Part shown: piece after piece, positions 9,267 to 18,263 of the stretch
Layout of the letters: each line of letters opens with the position of its first letter
Position numbering within the stretch: position 1 is the stretch's first letter
From: Bdellovibrionales bacterium
GTDB lineage: Bacteria; Bdellovibrionota; Bdellovibrionia; Bdellovibrionales; JAGQZY01
Reading direction: 5' to 3'
Length of the DNA stretch: 64,000 nucleotides
Assembly (NCBI GenBank): GCA_964230645.1
Contig: CAXRHT010000002.1
Location: 192,001 to 256,000 of the forward strand
Translations under genes and position numbers: made by a program
The notes under the pieces: model-generated
The model's database searches: none
Seen by the model: the letters and a program-made list of their open reading frames with translations, nothing else
Told to the model about the DNA's origin: nothing

Positions 9267-11052
9267 ATTCGACTTTCTTTTTCACAAATTCAGGTTGTAG
9301 AGCCACAGAGCGGAACATATCATAAATGCTCCCTTGGCTCTCTAGCCTTCCGGCCTCAAAAAGCTCTAAGGGTGCACAGTCATCCTCTCCAAATTTTGAA
9401 TTCTCAGCTGTAGCAAATTTCCAAACAGTTTTAGCAAAACAGGCTTCTGCCTGAATGTTCGAGGCCACATTTCGAGCCAAATCCACCCCATCGCCAAAGC
9501 TTGCACTCTCACCATAGGGTAAGGTCGCCTGAGTCTGAGAATCGATGGGTTTGGTGGTTAAAACTTCTCCAGCCGAGCCACTGCCTTCTGGATGATAAAC
9601 TTGAGCTTGGCTACGAAAACGCCCGAAGGAATCAAAGTTCTCGAAAGCAAAGCCAATGGGATTAATCACTGTTTTGTGACATTGTACACATGTGGAATCG
9701 GGCTGTTCGGTGATGGCCTTAGTGCGCTCTCTTTCAGTAAAATGATCCTCTAAAACCACACCATCAGGGGTGTTGTTGTCTGCAGGAGAGGGGAGCTCTC
9801 CACACATGAAACGTTTATAGACATGCACACCCCTCATGATAGGGCGGGTACTTTCAAGACCCGTAAAAAGAAAGTGGGCTTGAGTTAAAAGACCGGCCCG
9901 CTCATCCCTAGGGGCCTCGATAAGGCTATTAAGGTCATAACTGCCATTCCATTTTTCCGTGCTGTAGATTTCTGCTAGATCATCGGTTCTTGGGAAAACA
10001 AGGTTACTTGTCATAAGCTCACTAAAGTTGGCATGCTGTTCCCAGATCAAGTAATCAAAATAGTCGTAAACTTCTTGAATAAGGTTGCTTCTTTGCTGAG
10101 AGTAAGAAAGACCGTGATTAAATCCTAACAGAATATCTTTCATAGCCTCTGTGGAGTCATTAATGGAAGGCGTTTCGTCGAGTTTAAGCCACTGATTGGC
10201 AAAGGCTTTGGTTAGTCTTTGCCGAACCTTAGGAAGTGATAAAAGACGATCGACTTGTTTTTTAACGCCCTGCTGAGTGGAAAGCTCACCTTTTTGTGCT
10301 GCCTGAAGAAGTTCGTCGTCGGGGAGACTGCGCAAATAAAAATAGGAAAGTTTAGAGGCGATTTCGTAATTTGAGAGCCGCACAAAGCCGTCTTGATCCG
10401 GACTGCTGCCATCCCCGAATTCGACCAATTGAGTAAAGGATGGCGAGCTTAGAATGAGTACTATTAAATTCCTGTAGCCTTCTGATTCCCGAGCTTGATA
10501 GGCATTGAGAAAAAAACTCACCTGCTCATCAGACAAGGGACGTCTAAAAGCCCTTTGACCAAAAGATCTAATAAAAGAAGTCGTGCAGGTATAATCACTG
10601 GCATCACTTGAACAACTTCCCGCTATTTTCGCTAACAATGCAGGGTTTGCAATTATAAAGTCAGCTAAACTTTCTGATAATTCCATATATTTTTCAATAT
10701 GAGTTTGAGTAAGAGAGCGATCATAAAGGTTCATTTCTTCGTGATGCTCTTCTGGCAGATTAGCAATTTCTTCACTCGCATCACTCAAGAGACTACCCAC
10801 CTCTGTGGAGGTTAGGTAGTTGCTAAACAAATCTTCAATGGAATAAACGAGCTGTTCATGGGTGATTCTTTTTGTCTGGGAGGAAAGGGGATTGCGTTTG
10901 TCACTGGGCTGACAACTTAAAACTTTATTAGCCGGACTTAAACTAGGAAGGAAATTATCGTTCACGGCAAAATTACCGTCAAAACATCCCGATAACATTA
11001 AGAGGATCAAAGTAAATCCAATAGAAAACACAATGCGACTCAACTGCTTCAT
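9265..11052 (-). CDS. DUF1592/DUF1595/DUF1588-type lipoprotein with a CxxCH
   Basis: LSG|C lipobox; FGQRAFRRPL, YEIASKLSYFYLRSLPDDELL, RAGLLTQ, TRPIMRG, CVQCH, INPIGFAFENFDSFGRFR. Confidence 0.85.
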   Translation of the reverse strand: MKQLSRIVFSIGFTLILLMLSGCFDGNFAVNDNFLPSLSPANKVLSCQPSDKRNPLSSQTKRITHEQLVYSIEDLFSNYLTSTEVGSLLSDASEEIANLPEEHHEEMNLYDRSLTQTHIEKYMELSESLADFIIANPALLAKIAGSCSSDASDYTCTTSFIRSFGQRAFRRPLSDEQVSFFLNAYQARESEGYRNLIVLILSSPSFTQLVEFGDGSSPDQDGFVRLSNYEIASKLSYFYLRSLPDDELLQAAQKGELSTQQGVKKQVDRLLSLPKVRQRLTKAFANQWLKLDETPSINDSTEAMKDILLGFNHGLSYSQQRSNLIQEVYDYFDYLIWEQHANFSELMTSNLVFPRTDDLAEIYSTEKWNGSYDLNSLIEAPRDERAGLLTQAHFLFTGLESTRPIMRGVHVYKRFMCGELPSPADNNTPDGVVLEDHFTERERTKAITEQPDSTCVQCHKTVINPIGFAFENFDSFGRFRSQAQVYHPEGSGSAGEVLTTKPIDSQTQATLPYGESASFGDGVDLARNVASNIQAEACFAKTVWKFATAENSKFGEDDCAPLELFEAGRLESQGSIYDMFRSVALQPEFVKKKVE

Positions 11053-11100
11053 AACCCAAAACTCATTTCGTGAAATTCTCTATTATTTTACAATGATACT

Positions 11101-11127
11101 TATTCGGCGGAAAGTGAGCGTCGCTTA
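11101..11127 (-). promoter_or_regulatory. sigma28 (FliA)-like promoter of the DUF1592 gene
   Basis: Minus strand reads TAAG-N15-GCCGAATA. Confidence 0.6.
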
Positions 11128-11221
11128 AGTGCCTCAACCTTTAACGATGAGTGTTTCAAAAAGAGAAGGCTTTAGTTTTTCCATAAAAAGTCGATTAAAA
11201 TAGGGTGATTACGGAACTCGG

Positions 11222-12787
11222 GTGGATATGAAGTACAACAAGCTGACAAGACGTTATTTTTTACAAGGATTGGGAGGCACAATGGTGGCCCTTCCTATTT
11301 TGCCATCACTGCTACCAAAGGCCCACGCACAAGTGCCTTCACCTAGTAATCTCATTATTATAGGTTCCGAGCACGGGGGAACAGGGTACCGAGATTGGTA
11401 TCCGCAAGCTTTGCGCGACCCTTTAAATCCTCTGGCAAGTCTTACGGAACAGCAACTCTTTACCGGTTCTGCTGCTGACGGGATGGATCACAAGATTAGA
11501 CACGCAAGGCTCAATACGCTCCTCACTGCTGAACCAGGACACCCTGGAGGGGATGTGGACTCTGGGCAAGCTCGCCTTTCTTATGTGCTTAACAGCCAGT
11601 TCAATCCCTACATTGATAAAATGAACCTTTACCAGGGCATTGATATTGGCCCTGAGTACCAAGGACACGGTGTGGGTGTTATCTCAGGCAATATCTCAGG
11701 TGTGTCCAATTCTGCAACTTACCGTAATTTACAAGCAACTCCTTCTTTGGATCAATTTCTCGCGGCTCATCCCAATTTTTACGGTGGAGCGAGTGATCAC
11801 TCCGTGGGTTCTATTATTATTGCCGGGCGTTCGCTTTCTTGGGACCCCAGTTTTCAAAGACTTCCCTCCAACGGCGGCAGTGCCAACGGATTGTTTAACA
11901 ATGTGTTTAGTAAGTACGATCAAGACCCTCAAGCCATAGCCAAAAGACAACAAAAGAAGTTTTTAGTCGATAAGGTGCTTGAGGACTACAACAATCTAAT
12001 GAGTGGTGCCTATGGACTTGGAAGGAAAATATCCAGTGAGGATCGTCACAAAGTCGAAGGGCAAATCGAAAGTCTCTTTAATATTCAAAAGAAAGTCACA
12101 GGCGCCTCCAATAATTGCAGTCTTGTGGGTGCTCCAGCCTCCAACGATTGGGACACTCGACTTGATTTAATTGTGGCTGCTATGAACTGTGGAGCGACCA
12201 GACTTGCCACTCTCTGGAGTCCGGTGATGTCGAATATCCCTAACTATCATCAGGATGTGGCTCACCAGGCAGGAAGTGATGCGGGGAGAAGACTGGATCA
12301 CTCCAATAATTTCCGCAGTCAAACCAATACGATTGTTGCTAAGCTTATTGAGAAAATGGATGCCGTCGACGTAGGAGGAGGTAAGACTCTTCTCGATCAA
12401 TCCCTTGTCTACTGGCAACATGAGAGTGGCGTGACCACTCACAGTGGTTATAGTGTGAACTTGGTCTCTTTTGGTTCCGCCAATGGCTTTTTAAACACAG
12501 GCTATTTCGTAGATTACAGAAACCTTTCGAATTACGGTTTAGCGAATAATAAAAAATTTGAAACAAAACCAGGTTTGTTGGTAAACCAGTGGTGGACCAC
12601 AATTTGCCAGGCCATGGGAATGAGACCTCAGGATTATGAAAGTGGTGGTGAGCCAGGCTATGGAACTTTTCACCGTAGTACTCGCTATCCTTATGGAAGT
12701 GCCGGCTGGCATGGGCATCGAGATCATCTCCCTTATCCAGAAAGAATCTACCAAGCCACAGGTAATACTCTTCCTATCATCACTTGA
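11222..12787 (+). CDS. DUF1552-family Tat-exported protein
   Basis: TRRYFLQGLGGTMVALPIL Tat signal; PSLDQFLA, LVDKV...ISSEDRHK, DLIVAAMNCGATR, GKTLLDQSLV. Start is GTG 11222 or ATG 11228. Confidence 0.8.
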   Translation: MDMKYNKLTRRYFLQGLGGTMVALPILPSLLPKAHAQVPSPSNLIIIGSEHGGTGYRDWYPQALRDPLNPLASLTEQQLFTGSAADGMDHKIRHARLNTLLTAEPGHPGGDVDSGQARLSYVLNSQFNPYIDKMNLYQGIDIGPEYQGHGVGVISGNISGVSNSATYRNLQATPSLDQFLAAHPNFYGGASDHSVGSIIIAGRSLSWDPSFQRLPSNGGSANGLFNNVFSKYDQDPQAIAKRQQKKFLVDKVLEDYNNLMSGAYGLGRKISSEDRHKVEGQIESLFNIQKKVTGASNNCSLVGAPASNDWDTRLDLIVAAMNCGATRLATLWSPVMSNIPNYHQDVAHQAGSDAGRRLDHSNNFRSQTNTIVAKLIEKMDAVDVGGGKTLLDQSLVYWQHESGVTTHSGYSVNLVSFGSANGFLNTGYFVDYRNLSNYGLANNKKFETKPGLLVNQWWTTICQAMGMRPQDYESGGEPGYGTFHRSTRYPYGSAGWHGHRDHLPYPERIYQATGNTLPIIT

Positions 12788-13409
12788 TATCGTACTGCCA
12801 ACCAATGGACCAACGGGCTGTGCCGATGTTGTGTTGGTAGGCCGCCGAGATCACGATGGCATTTTTAAGGTTGTAGCGCGTGATCATTGTTAAACCATAC
12901 CCATAGTAAAATAAATTCTCATCTTCGGCAGAAATATCTCTTTGTACGGGAGGCTGCCAGAAGGTCATACGGTACCCCACGGGAAAATAAAGTCCAAGCT
13001 CAGTTCTGAGACTTGAACGATAAAGAACCGTCGGGGAGAATTGAAAGTCGGTAAAATTTTGGTTACCGAAATCCTCGTTAATAGCCCCTTGTGCAAGGCC
13101 TTTTGCTTGACCGAAAGTCACTTTTGCGTTCAAGCCGTAAATCCAATGAATGTTTTTTCGGCTGGGCTTTACGTAATTGGCGTTAAGTTCCACTCCTTTA
13201 TAGGAGACATTCATTTTTTCAGTGGCACCACGTTGGTAAAGCCCCACTTCCTGCTGCCAAAAACCAACCCCCATTCCCACTTGAAAGGACTTTTTGGTGA
13301 GGTAGCGGTAGAGACGCTTTTTACTGGCATTCCCTTTGGCTTGGGCTTGCAAGCTCAATGCCCCCGTAAAGAAAATGAGCAAAATCATTTTTAAAAATTT
13401 GAATCTCAT
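12780..13409 (-). CDS. Small outer-membrane beta-barrel-like protein
   Basis: Signal peptide (AQA|K), alternating amphipathic strands, C-terminal WSIGWQY. Confidence 0.6.
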   Translation of the reverse strand: MRFKFLKMILLIFFTGALSLQAQAKGNASKKRLYRYLTKKSFQVGMGVGFWQQEVGLYQRGATEKMNVSYKGVELNANYVKPSRKNIHWIYGLNAKVTFGQAKGLAQGAINEDFGNQNFTDFQFSPTVLYRSSLRTELGLYFPVGYRMTFWQPPVQRDISAEDENLFYYGYGLTMITRYNLKNAIVISAAYQHNIGTARWSIGWQYDIK

Positions 13410-13419
13410 AAATCCATCC

Positions 13420-14574
13420 TTAGAGAGATAAATGCACTTGCATCAACAGGGCCCAGAAGTCATTGGGTGATTGACTTGAACTTAAGATTTGTCTGGTATT
13501 TTGTGCTTCCACACGAAATTCATAACGCGATCGAGGAAAAGCAAGCAGCCCAATACCCGTTCGAATGGTATCTGGCTGCTGACTTGAAAGTTCGGATTTA
13601 AAGGCCTCGCCAGTAAAGAAGAGGTGATATCCCCGCGCAAACTTTTGCATCACCTCAGAGAAGAGATAATAACCCAACTGCTCACTGATCGGGGTGGTGT
13701 CTTCAATTAAGCCCACTTCAAAAAGGATGGAGGAGCCATGCCCCAAACCATTGCGTGAGTGTATAGCAAGACGCTTCCAATCGACAAACTCATTGGAGGA
13801 AACAAGAGAAGAAAAACCCACCCGCCAAGCTTCGGCCACGTCAAATTCCATGAGTGTTGAAAAGCCTTGATGGCGAAGCTCCGCTTCCTGAAACATATTT
13901 CCAAGATAAGTGTGTAAGGTAAATTCGAAGCCTTCATCCACCCAGTGGGCCATCACCCCGTGGGTTTGATCGTTTTGCCCGTTGCCGGTCATGGCTCGGC
14001 TAAAAGCCGTGTGATCGACAATACGAATGCCGTAGGCTTTGTCCATCATCCCAACGAAAAGAAAAAGTTTCTCCATGGCCTGCCAGCGAAAATAGTGAGA
14101 GCGTGAAATCCAGTTTTCGATATCATCAGCTGTGGGCTGTCCTTGAAACCTTCTCGGTGTGGGAGCATATCCAAAAGACCCAACAAACATAAACTCATAA
14201 GATTGATCGAAGATTAAAGCGAGGTTTGCTTCAGCCTGCATTAAGACGTCGTCACTGGTTTCTGAGCTGCTCCCTGGATTGGATTGAAACCATAAGTATC
14301 TCGCTTTGAGACCCGGCTTCAGCCAGTAGGGGAGCTCCGTTTTTCCTAAAAAACCTGAGGACTCACCAAGCTCCTCGCTCGACTTATCTCCAGCCCACAA
14401 TCTCCCACCTATTTCAGCGGCCCACAAAGCTCGACCATAGTCGTTGATCGCTCCATTTCCTTGGCTGTTGTAGTGGCAGGTTAAACAGGAAGTGTATTTG
14501 TAACCTATAAATTCCGGATAAGCTTGGGATAAAGGCCCAGAAAGGATTAGAAACAGGAAGCAAAAGAGTCTCAC
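13420..14574 (-). CDS. Cytochrome-porin fusion (N-terminal CxxCH plus beta-barrel), Cyc2-like architecture
   Basis: Signal SQA| followed by YPEF-x7-CLTCH...INDYGR; the remainder looks like amphipathic beta-strands. Confidence 0.65.
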   Translation of the reverse strand: MRLFCFLFLILSGPLSQAYPEFIGYKYTSCLTCHYNSQGNGAINDYGRALWAAEIGGRLWAGDKSSEELGESSGFLGKTELPYWLKPGLKARYLWFQSNPGSSSETSDDVLMQAEANLALIFDQSYEFMFVGSFGYAPTPRRFQGQPTADDIENWISRSHYFRWQAMEKLFLFVGMMDKAYGIRIVDHTAFSRAMTGNGQNDQTHGVMAHWVDEGFEFTLHTYLGNMFQEAELRHQGFSTLMEFDVAEAWRVGFSSLVSSNEFVDWKRLAIHSRNGLGHGSSILFEVGLIEDTTPISEQLGYYLFSEVMQKFARGYHLFFTGEAFKSELSSQQPDTIRTGIGLLAFPRSRYEFRVEAQNTRQILSSSQSPNDFWALLMQVHLSL

Positions 14575-14671
14575 GTGCAGAATACCTCGAAGAAATATTT
14601 CATATTAGCTCCAGATTATACTAAAATAAAAACTGATGAAAAGTAACTATTTAATACAAAGTGGGAACCCA

Positions 14672-15211
14672 ATGAAAAACTCTTATAAAATCGCTCTTTC
14701 TTTTTTAATCCTTTTAGTTTCCTTTCAAATCAATGCCGCTGAACTCAAAGTGGATGTGGATTTAAGCCCGGCGGGAGACTTTGTTGCTAAAACCTCCAGT
14801 GTAAAAGGTAAAGCTTTTCTTAAAAAATCAGGTGGTAAGGAGTTACTCGCAGCTAAGGGCATTGTTATTGATTTACGAACTATTAAAACGGGCGTCAGTC
14901 TCAGAGACAAGCATTTGAAAAAATATTTAGAAGTGGATAAGTACCCCACTGCAACTTTACTTAAAGCCAAAGGTGGTAACGGTAAAGGTATTGCTTTAAT
15001 CAAAATCAGAGGAAAAAAAATAAAAGTAAAAGGGGATTATGAAATCAACGGCAGTGAGCTTACGGCTAACTTCCCTGTTAAACTCTCTCAACTCGGCATC
15101 ACAGGCGTTCGCTATATGGGTGTGGGCGTTAAGGACGAATTAAAAGTTCATGTGACAGTTCCAGTGGCTCCCATGGCTGAAATGAGAAAGCCGGCAAGCA
15201 AAGGAAAATAA
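14672..15211 (+). CDS. YceI-family lipid/polyisoprenoid-binding protein
   Basis: Signal peptide; IKTGVSLRDKHL...LEVDKYPTA; IRGK; FPVKLSQLGI. Confidence 0.8.
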   Translation: MKNSYKIALSFLILLVSFQINAAELKVDVDLSPAGDFVAKTSSVKGKAFLKKSGGKELLAAKGIVIDLRTIKTGVSLRDKHLKKYLEVDKYPTATLLKAKGGNGKGIALIKIRGKKIKVKGDYEINGSELTANFPVKLSQLGITGVRYMGVGVKDELKVHVTVPVAPMAEMRKPASKGK

Positions 15212-15217
15212 AATTCC

Positions 15218-15589
15218 ATGAAACGATTTTATATTTTTCTAATGACAGGCCCTTTTGTTTTTTTGTTAAGCGCCTGTTTACAAACTCAAAATTCAAGCTC
15301 CCAGGACGGAGAGCAGTTTGAAGAGCAACCGACAGGGAATCCTGCCTTTCTAGCCGCACGAACGGTGATTGCAAACAACTGTGCGGATTGCCACGGTTAT
15401 CATAACCAAAGTGAAGAACAATTGATTGCTACCAACTTTGTGATTCCTGGAGACCCTGAGGCCTCAATGATATTTTATCGCATAAAAAACAGTTCAGGGT
15501 CGCAAGGCCCTAAAAATATGCCTCAAACCGGGGAACTCTCCGAAGCCGAATTGCAAATTATTTTTGATTGGATTGACGGAATTGAGTGA
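15218..15589 (+). CDS. Cytochrome c lipoprotein (planctomycete-type cytochrome domain)
   Basis: LSA|C lipobox; NCADCH; VIPGDPEAS; distal NMP; IFDWI. Confidence 0.85.
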   Translation: MKRFYIFLMTGPFVFLLSACLQTQNSSSQDGEQFEEQPTGNPAFLAARTVIANNCADCHGYHNQSEEQLIATNFVIPGDPEASMIFYRIKNSSGSQGPKNMPQTGELSEAELQIIFDWIDGIE

Positions 15590-15750
15590 TTTCTGTGAAC
15601 GATCTTAAATAATCACTGTTAAAAAGATTACATTTTAGTTTCTTAAACCCCTCAAAACCTCTTTAACGTTGTTTTTTAGCCATTCAGTGTGCTAGACCCC
15701 TAGGCAATCTAAGCTCGCTTGAAAGAGTTTAAATACAATTAGGGGGAATT

Positions 15751-17304
15751 TTGCGGACCATAATCTTTTTCATTGTCTTTTCAAGTATACAGGCCTCGGC
15801 CCAAAGCGACGTCCAAGCCGACTACAACGATCTTTACACCCAAATCTTAATAGAAAAGCCACAGTGGCCAAAACAACTGAACTCCCTTGAAAATCAAGTG
15901 AATCAAAGCGAGCAAGTCTACAGCGAGTCTCAAGTTACATTGCAAATTGAGAAGCGACAAATCACAGAGCTTTCGCGAGACCTAGAGTCTCAAAAACTTC
16001 ATCTTGAGTTTCTCAAACGGGTGGAGCCCCTTTCTTTAAATGAAAAGCAAAAGATAAAACAAAATGTGGTTCAATCAGGTGAATTTAGTGCTGTCAGTCA
16101 GGTGAGCCAATCCTCTTTGCAACAAAAGGCCTCCCAAATTTCAGGTCAAGCTCAAGCCAAGCAAGACCAGATCGATCAAAACAATCAGAAGATCTCAGAT
16201 CTTAAACAAACCTCTGAGTACCAAGGGTATTTAGCTCGCAGGGCTGATCTTCGCCGCCAAAAGGATCAAAAAAATTCTAAAGTAAACAGCGTCCGCCAAC
16301 AAATTCGTGATCAACAGAGTAAAAAACGTCAATTGGAATTTGATCTTTCTAATTCTGAGCAAAGAGAAGAAAGAGCCAGGATTCAAGTCGTTGGCATCAA
16401 TCAAAGAGAAATTCCAGCACTGCGTCGAGAAAATCAAAGTCTACAATCTACAATCAGAAACTTACGTCAAGACATTCAACAAAAAAGACAAACAAGACAG
16501 CAAGTAGAAAGACGCCGCGACCAAACCAAGCGAGACATTCAACAAAAACAAAATCAATTAAATAAACCTGACGCCAATAAGCCAGCCATTCAAGCGGAGA
16601 TTCAACAGTTACGGCAGCAACTGAGACGACAAAACAGGAGAATAGAAAACCTGACTCGTCAGATCCAAGACAGCCGCCAAAAAATAGCTCAAGCTGAACG
16701 AGAGCAGGAGCGTAACGAGAGAAGGATCTCACAACTGCAAAATGAAGTGATTCGCCTCGAAAGACAGATTGCCAATGAAGACATTTTACAAATCCGTTTA
16801 GATGGAGATATTAGAGAGGCGACTCGCGAAATTGCCAATCTTCAAAGAAGAGAATCTCAACTTATTAGTGACATCAGCCTTATCAATAGCCAGATTTCCT
16901 CCGTTCAAGCTCAAATCAATCAGTACCACAGCACAAATATTGCACCCATTGAACAGGTTATTGGTGGTCTTGAAAGTGACAAAGAAGGACTTGAGCGTCG
17001 ACAAAGGGCTCTTTTGAAGGCGAGAGAAAATTTAATAACTCAAGATCAGAATATCTCCTCTGCTAAAAATAAAATTCCTGATCAAGAGAGCTTGATCCAA
17101 GAGAAGCAGAACTTTTTAGATACGAAAAAACAAAGTGTCGGGAACCTTGAAAAGAAGACCCAGGATCTCAAAGATAAAAGAGACCAAAACATCAAATCTT
17201 ATAACAGTCTCATCGCCAGCATTGATCAAAAAAGAAAGAAGTTAGTCCTACTTAAAGAACAATTAATTAAAAATATCGAATCACTAAAAAATGGGGGAAA
17301 CTAA
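15751..17304 (+). CDS. Secreted long coiled-coil protein
   Basis: Signal peptide (ASA|Q); Q/R/E-rich heptads throughout; no ATPase motifs. Confidence 0.75.
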   Translation: MRTIIFFIVFSSIQASAQSDVQADYNDLYTQILIEKPQWPKQLNSLENQVNQSEQVYSESQVTLQIEKRQITELSRDLESQKLHLEFLKRVEPLSLNEKQKIKQNVVQSGEFSAVSQVSQSSLQQKASQISGQAQAKQDQIDQNNQKISDLKQTSEYQGYLARRADLRRQKDQKNSKVNSVRQQIRDQQSKKRQLEFDLSNSEQREERARIQVVGINQREIPALRRENQSLQSTIRNLRQDIQQKRQTRQQVERRRDQTKRDIQQKQNQLNKPDANKPAIQAEIQQLRQQLRRQNRRIENLTRQIQDSRQKIAQAEREQERNERRISQLQNEVIRLERQIANEDILQIRLDGDIREATREIANLQRRESQLISDISLINSQISSVQAQINQYHSTNIAPIEQVIGGLESDKEGLERRQRALLKARENLITQDQNISSAKNKIPDQESLIQEKQNFLDTKKQSVGNLEKKTQDLKDKRDQNIKSYNSLIASIDQKRKKLVLLKEQLIKNIESLKNGGN

Positions 17305-17305
17305 A

Positions 17306-17881
17306 ATGAAGAAGCTATTATTGACTCTTGCTCTCTTGGTAACAAGTCTTACAGCTAAGGCACAAATCACTGATGAAATTATTGTTGATGCCAACGAGAC
17401 AGGAAAAGCCTGGAATGCCGAAACGACTGTGGATCATGAAATTTGGAACAAGCCAGCCTGTTCCGCCTACACCATGAGTGAAGACCGACAGTCCACACTC
17501 GAAGTGGTGGCCTTTTACGATCAAAACACTGACACTTTCTCAGAGCCTGAAGTGAATGTTATCACAAACGCCAACTTTAGCTTTTTAGATGTGGTTGTTT
17601 CAACCGATGGAACTTCTAGGCAGTTCCAACTTCTCCCTATCCAGCCATCCAATCAAAGTCTTGTTGGAGCAAGAGTGCTTTTTGAAGATCGGGAAGACCT
17701 AGTCTCAGCGATCCGCCGTCATTTAACTTTAACGGCTCGCTATCTCGATACTGCGGGTGAAGTGAAGACGGTGAGCTTTTCTCTGAGAGGTTCCAGTGAT
17801 GCGGTTTCTGCCCAATTTGATTATTGTGAGCTTGAGTTTTTACCTGAGCTTGAACTGCCATCTCCTCTCAGCCTAAACTAG
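17306..17881 (+). CDS. Secreted protein, possibly IalB-like
   Basis: MKKLLL...AKA| signal; C-terminal FSLRGSSDAV resembles the IalB-family SLxG motif; 2 Cys. Confidence 0.55.
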   Translation: MKKLLLTLALLVTSLTAKAQITDEIIVDANETGKAWNAETTVDHEIWNKPACSAYTMSEDRQSTLEVVAFYDQNTDTFSEPEVNVITNANFSFLDVVVSTDGTSRQFQLLPIQPSNQSLVGARVLFEDREDLVSAIRRHLTLTARYLDTAGEVKTVSFSLRGSSDAVSAQFDYCELEFLPELELPSPLSLN

Positions 17882-17885
17882 TCCA

Positions 17886-18263
17886 ATGAAACGTGTTCTA
17901 GTTTTTATTTTTCTGGTCAGCACTTCTTATGCCCATGCTTGCAAGAGTCCGTCAAAGGACTTTGCTCGTGACTTCTTTGACAATGAAAGCCATTGGATTG
18001 AAGTTCAAAAAGGCAACCTTGAAGAGATTGAGCCTAATAAGACCATCGAAGTGATGATTGATTTCAATCAATTCTCAAGAAGTAAAGCCTACACGGGGGG
18101 CGAGCTTTTAGGACACCTCGAAGAGGTCTGCCACACAAGTAACCCTAATGAACTCTTAGTTAAGGCAAAAAACTATAGCTTTAAAGTTCGGCAAAAAAGC
18201 TTTGGACTTGAAATCAAAGTTCTCTTTTTTACTTACTACCTAAGACCACTCTCTGTTCTTTAG
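17886..18263 (+). CDS. Small secreted hypothetical protein
   Basis: Signal peptide (AHA|C); 4 nt after the previous stop. Confidence 0.65.
   Translation: MKRVLVFIFLVSTSYAHACKSPSKDFARDFFDNESHWIEVQKGNLEEIEPNKTIEVMIDFNQFSRSKAYTGGELLGHLEEVCHTSNPNELLVKAKNYSFKVRQKSFGLEIKVLFFTYYLRPLSVL

Noticed and set aside
15751..17304. SMC/Rad50-like chromosome protein
   Set aside because: It has a signal peptide and no Walker A/B or signature motifs.
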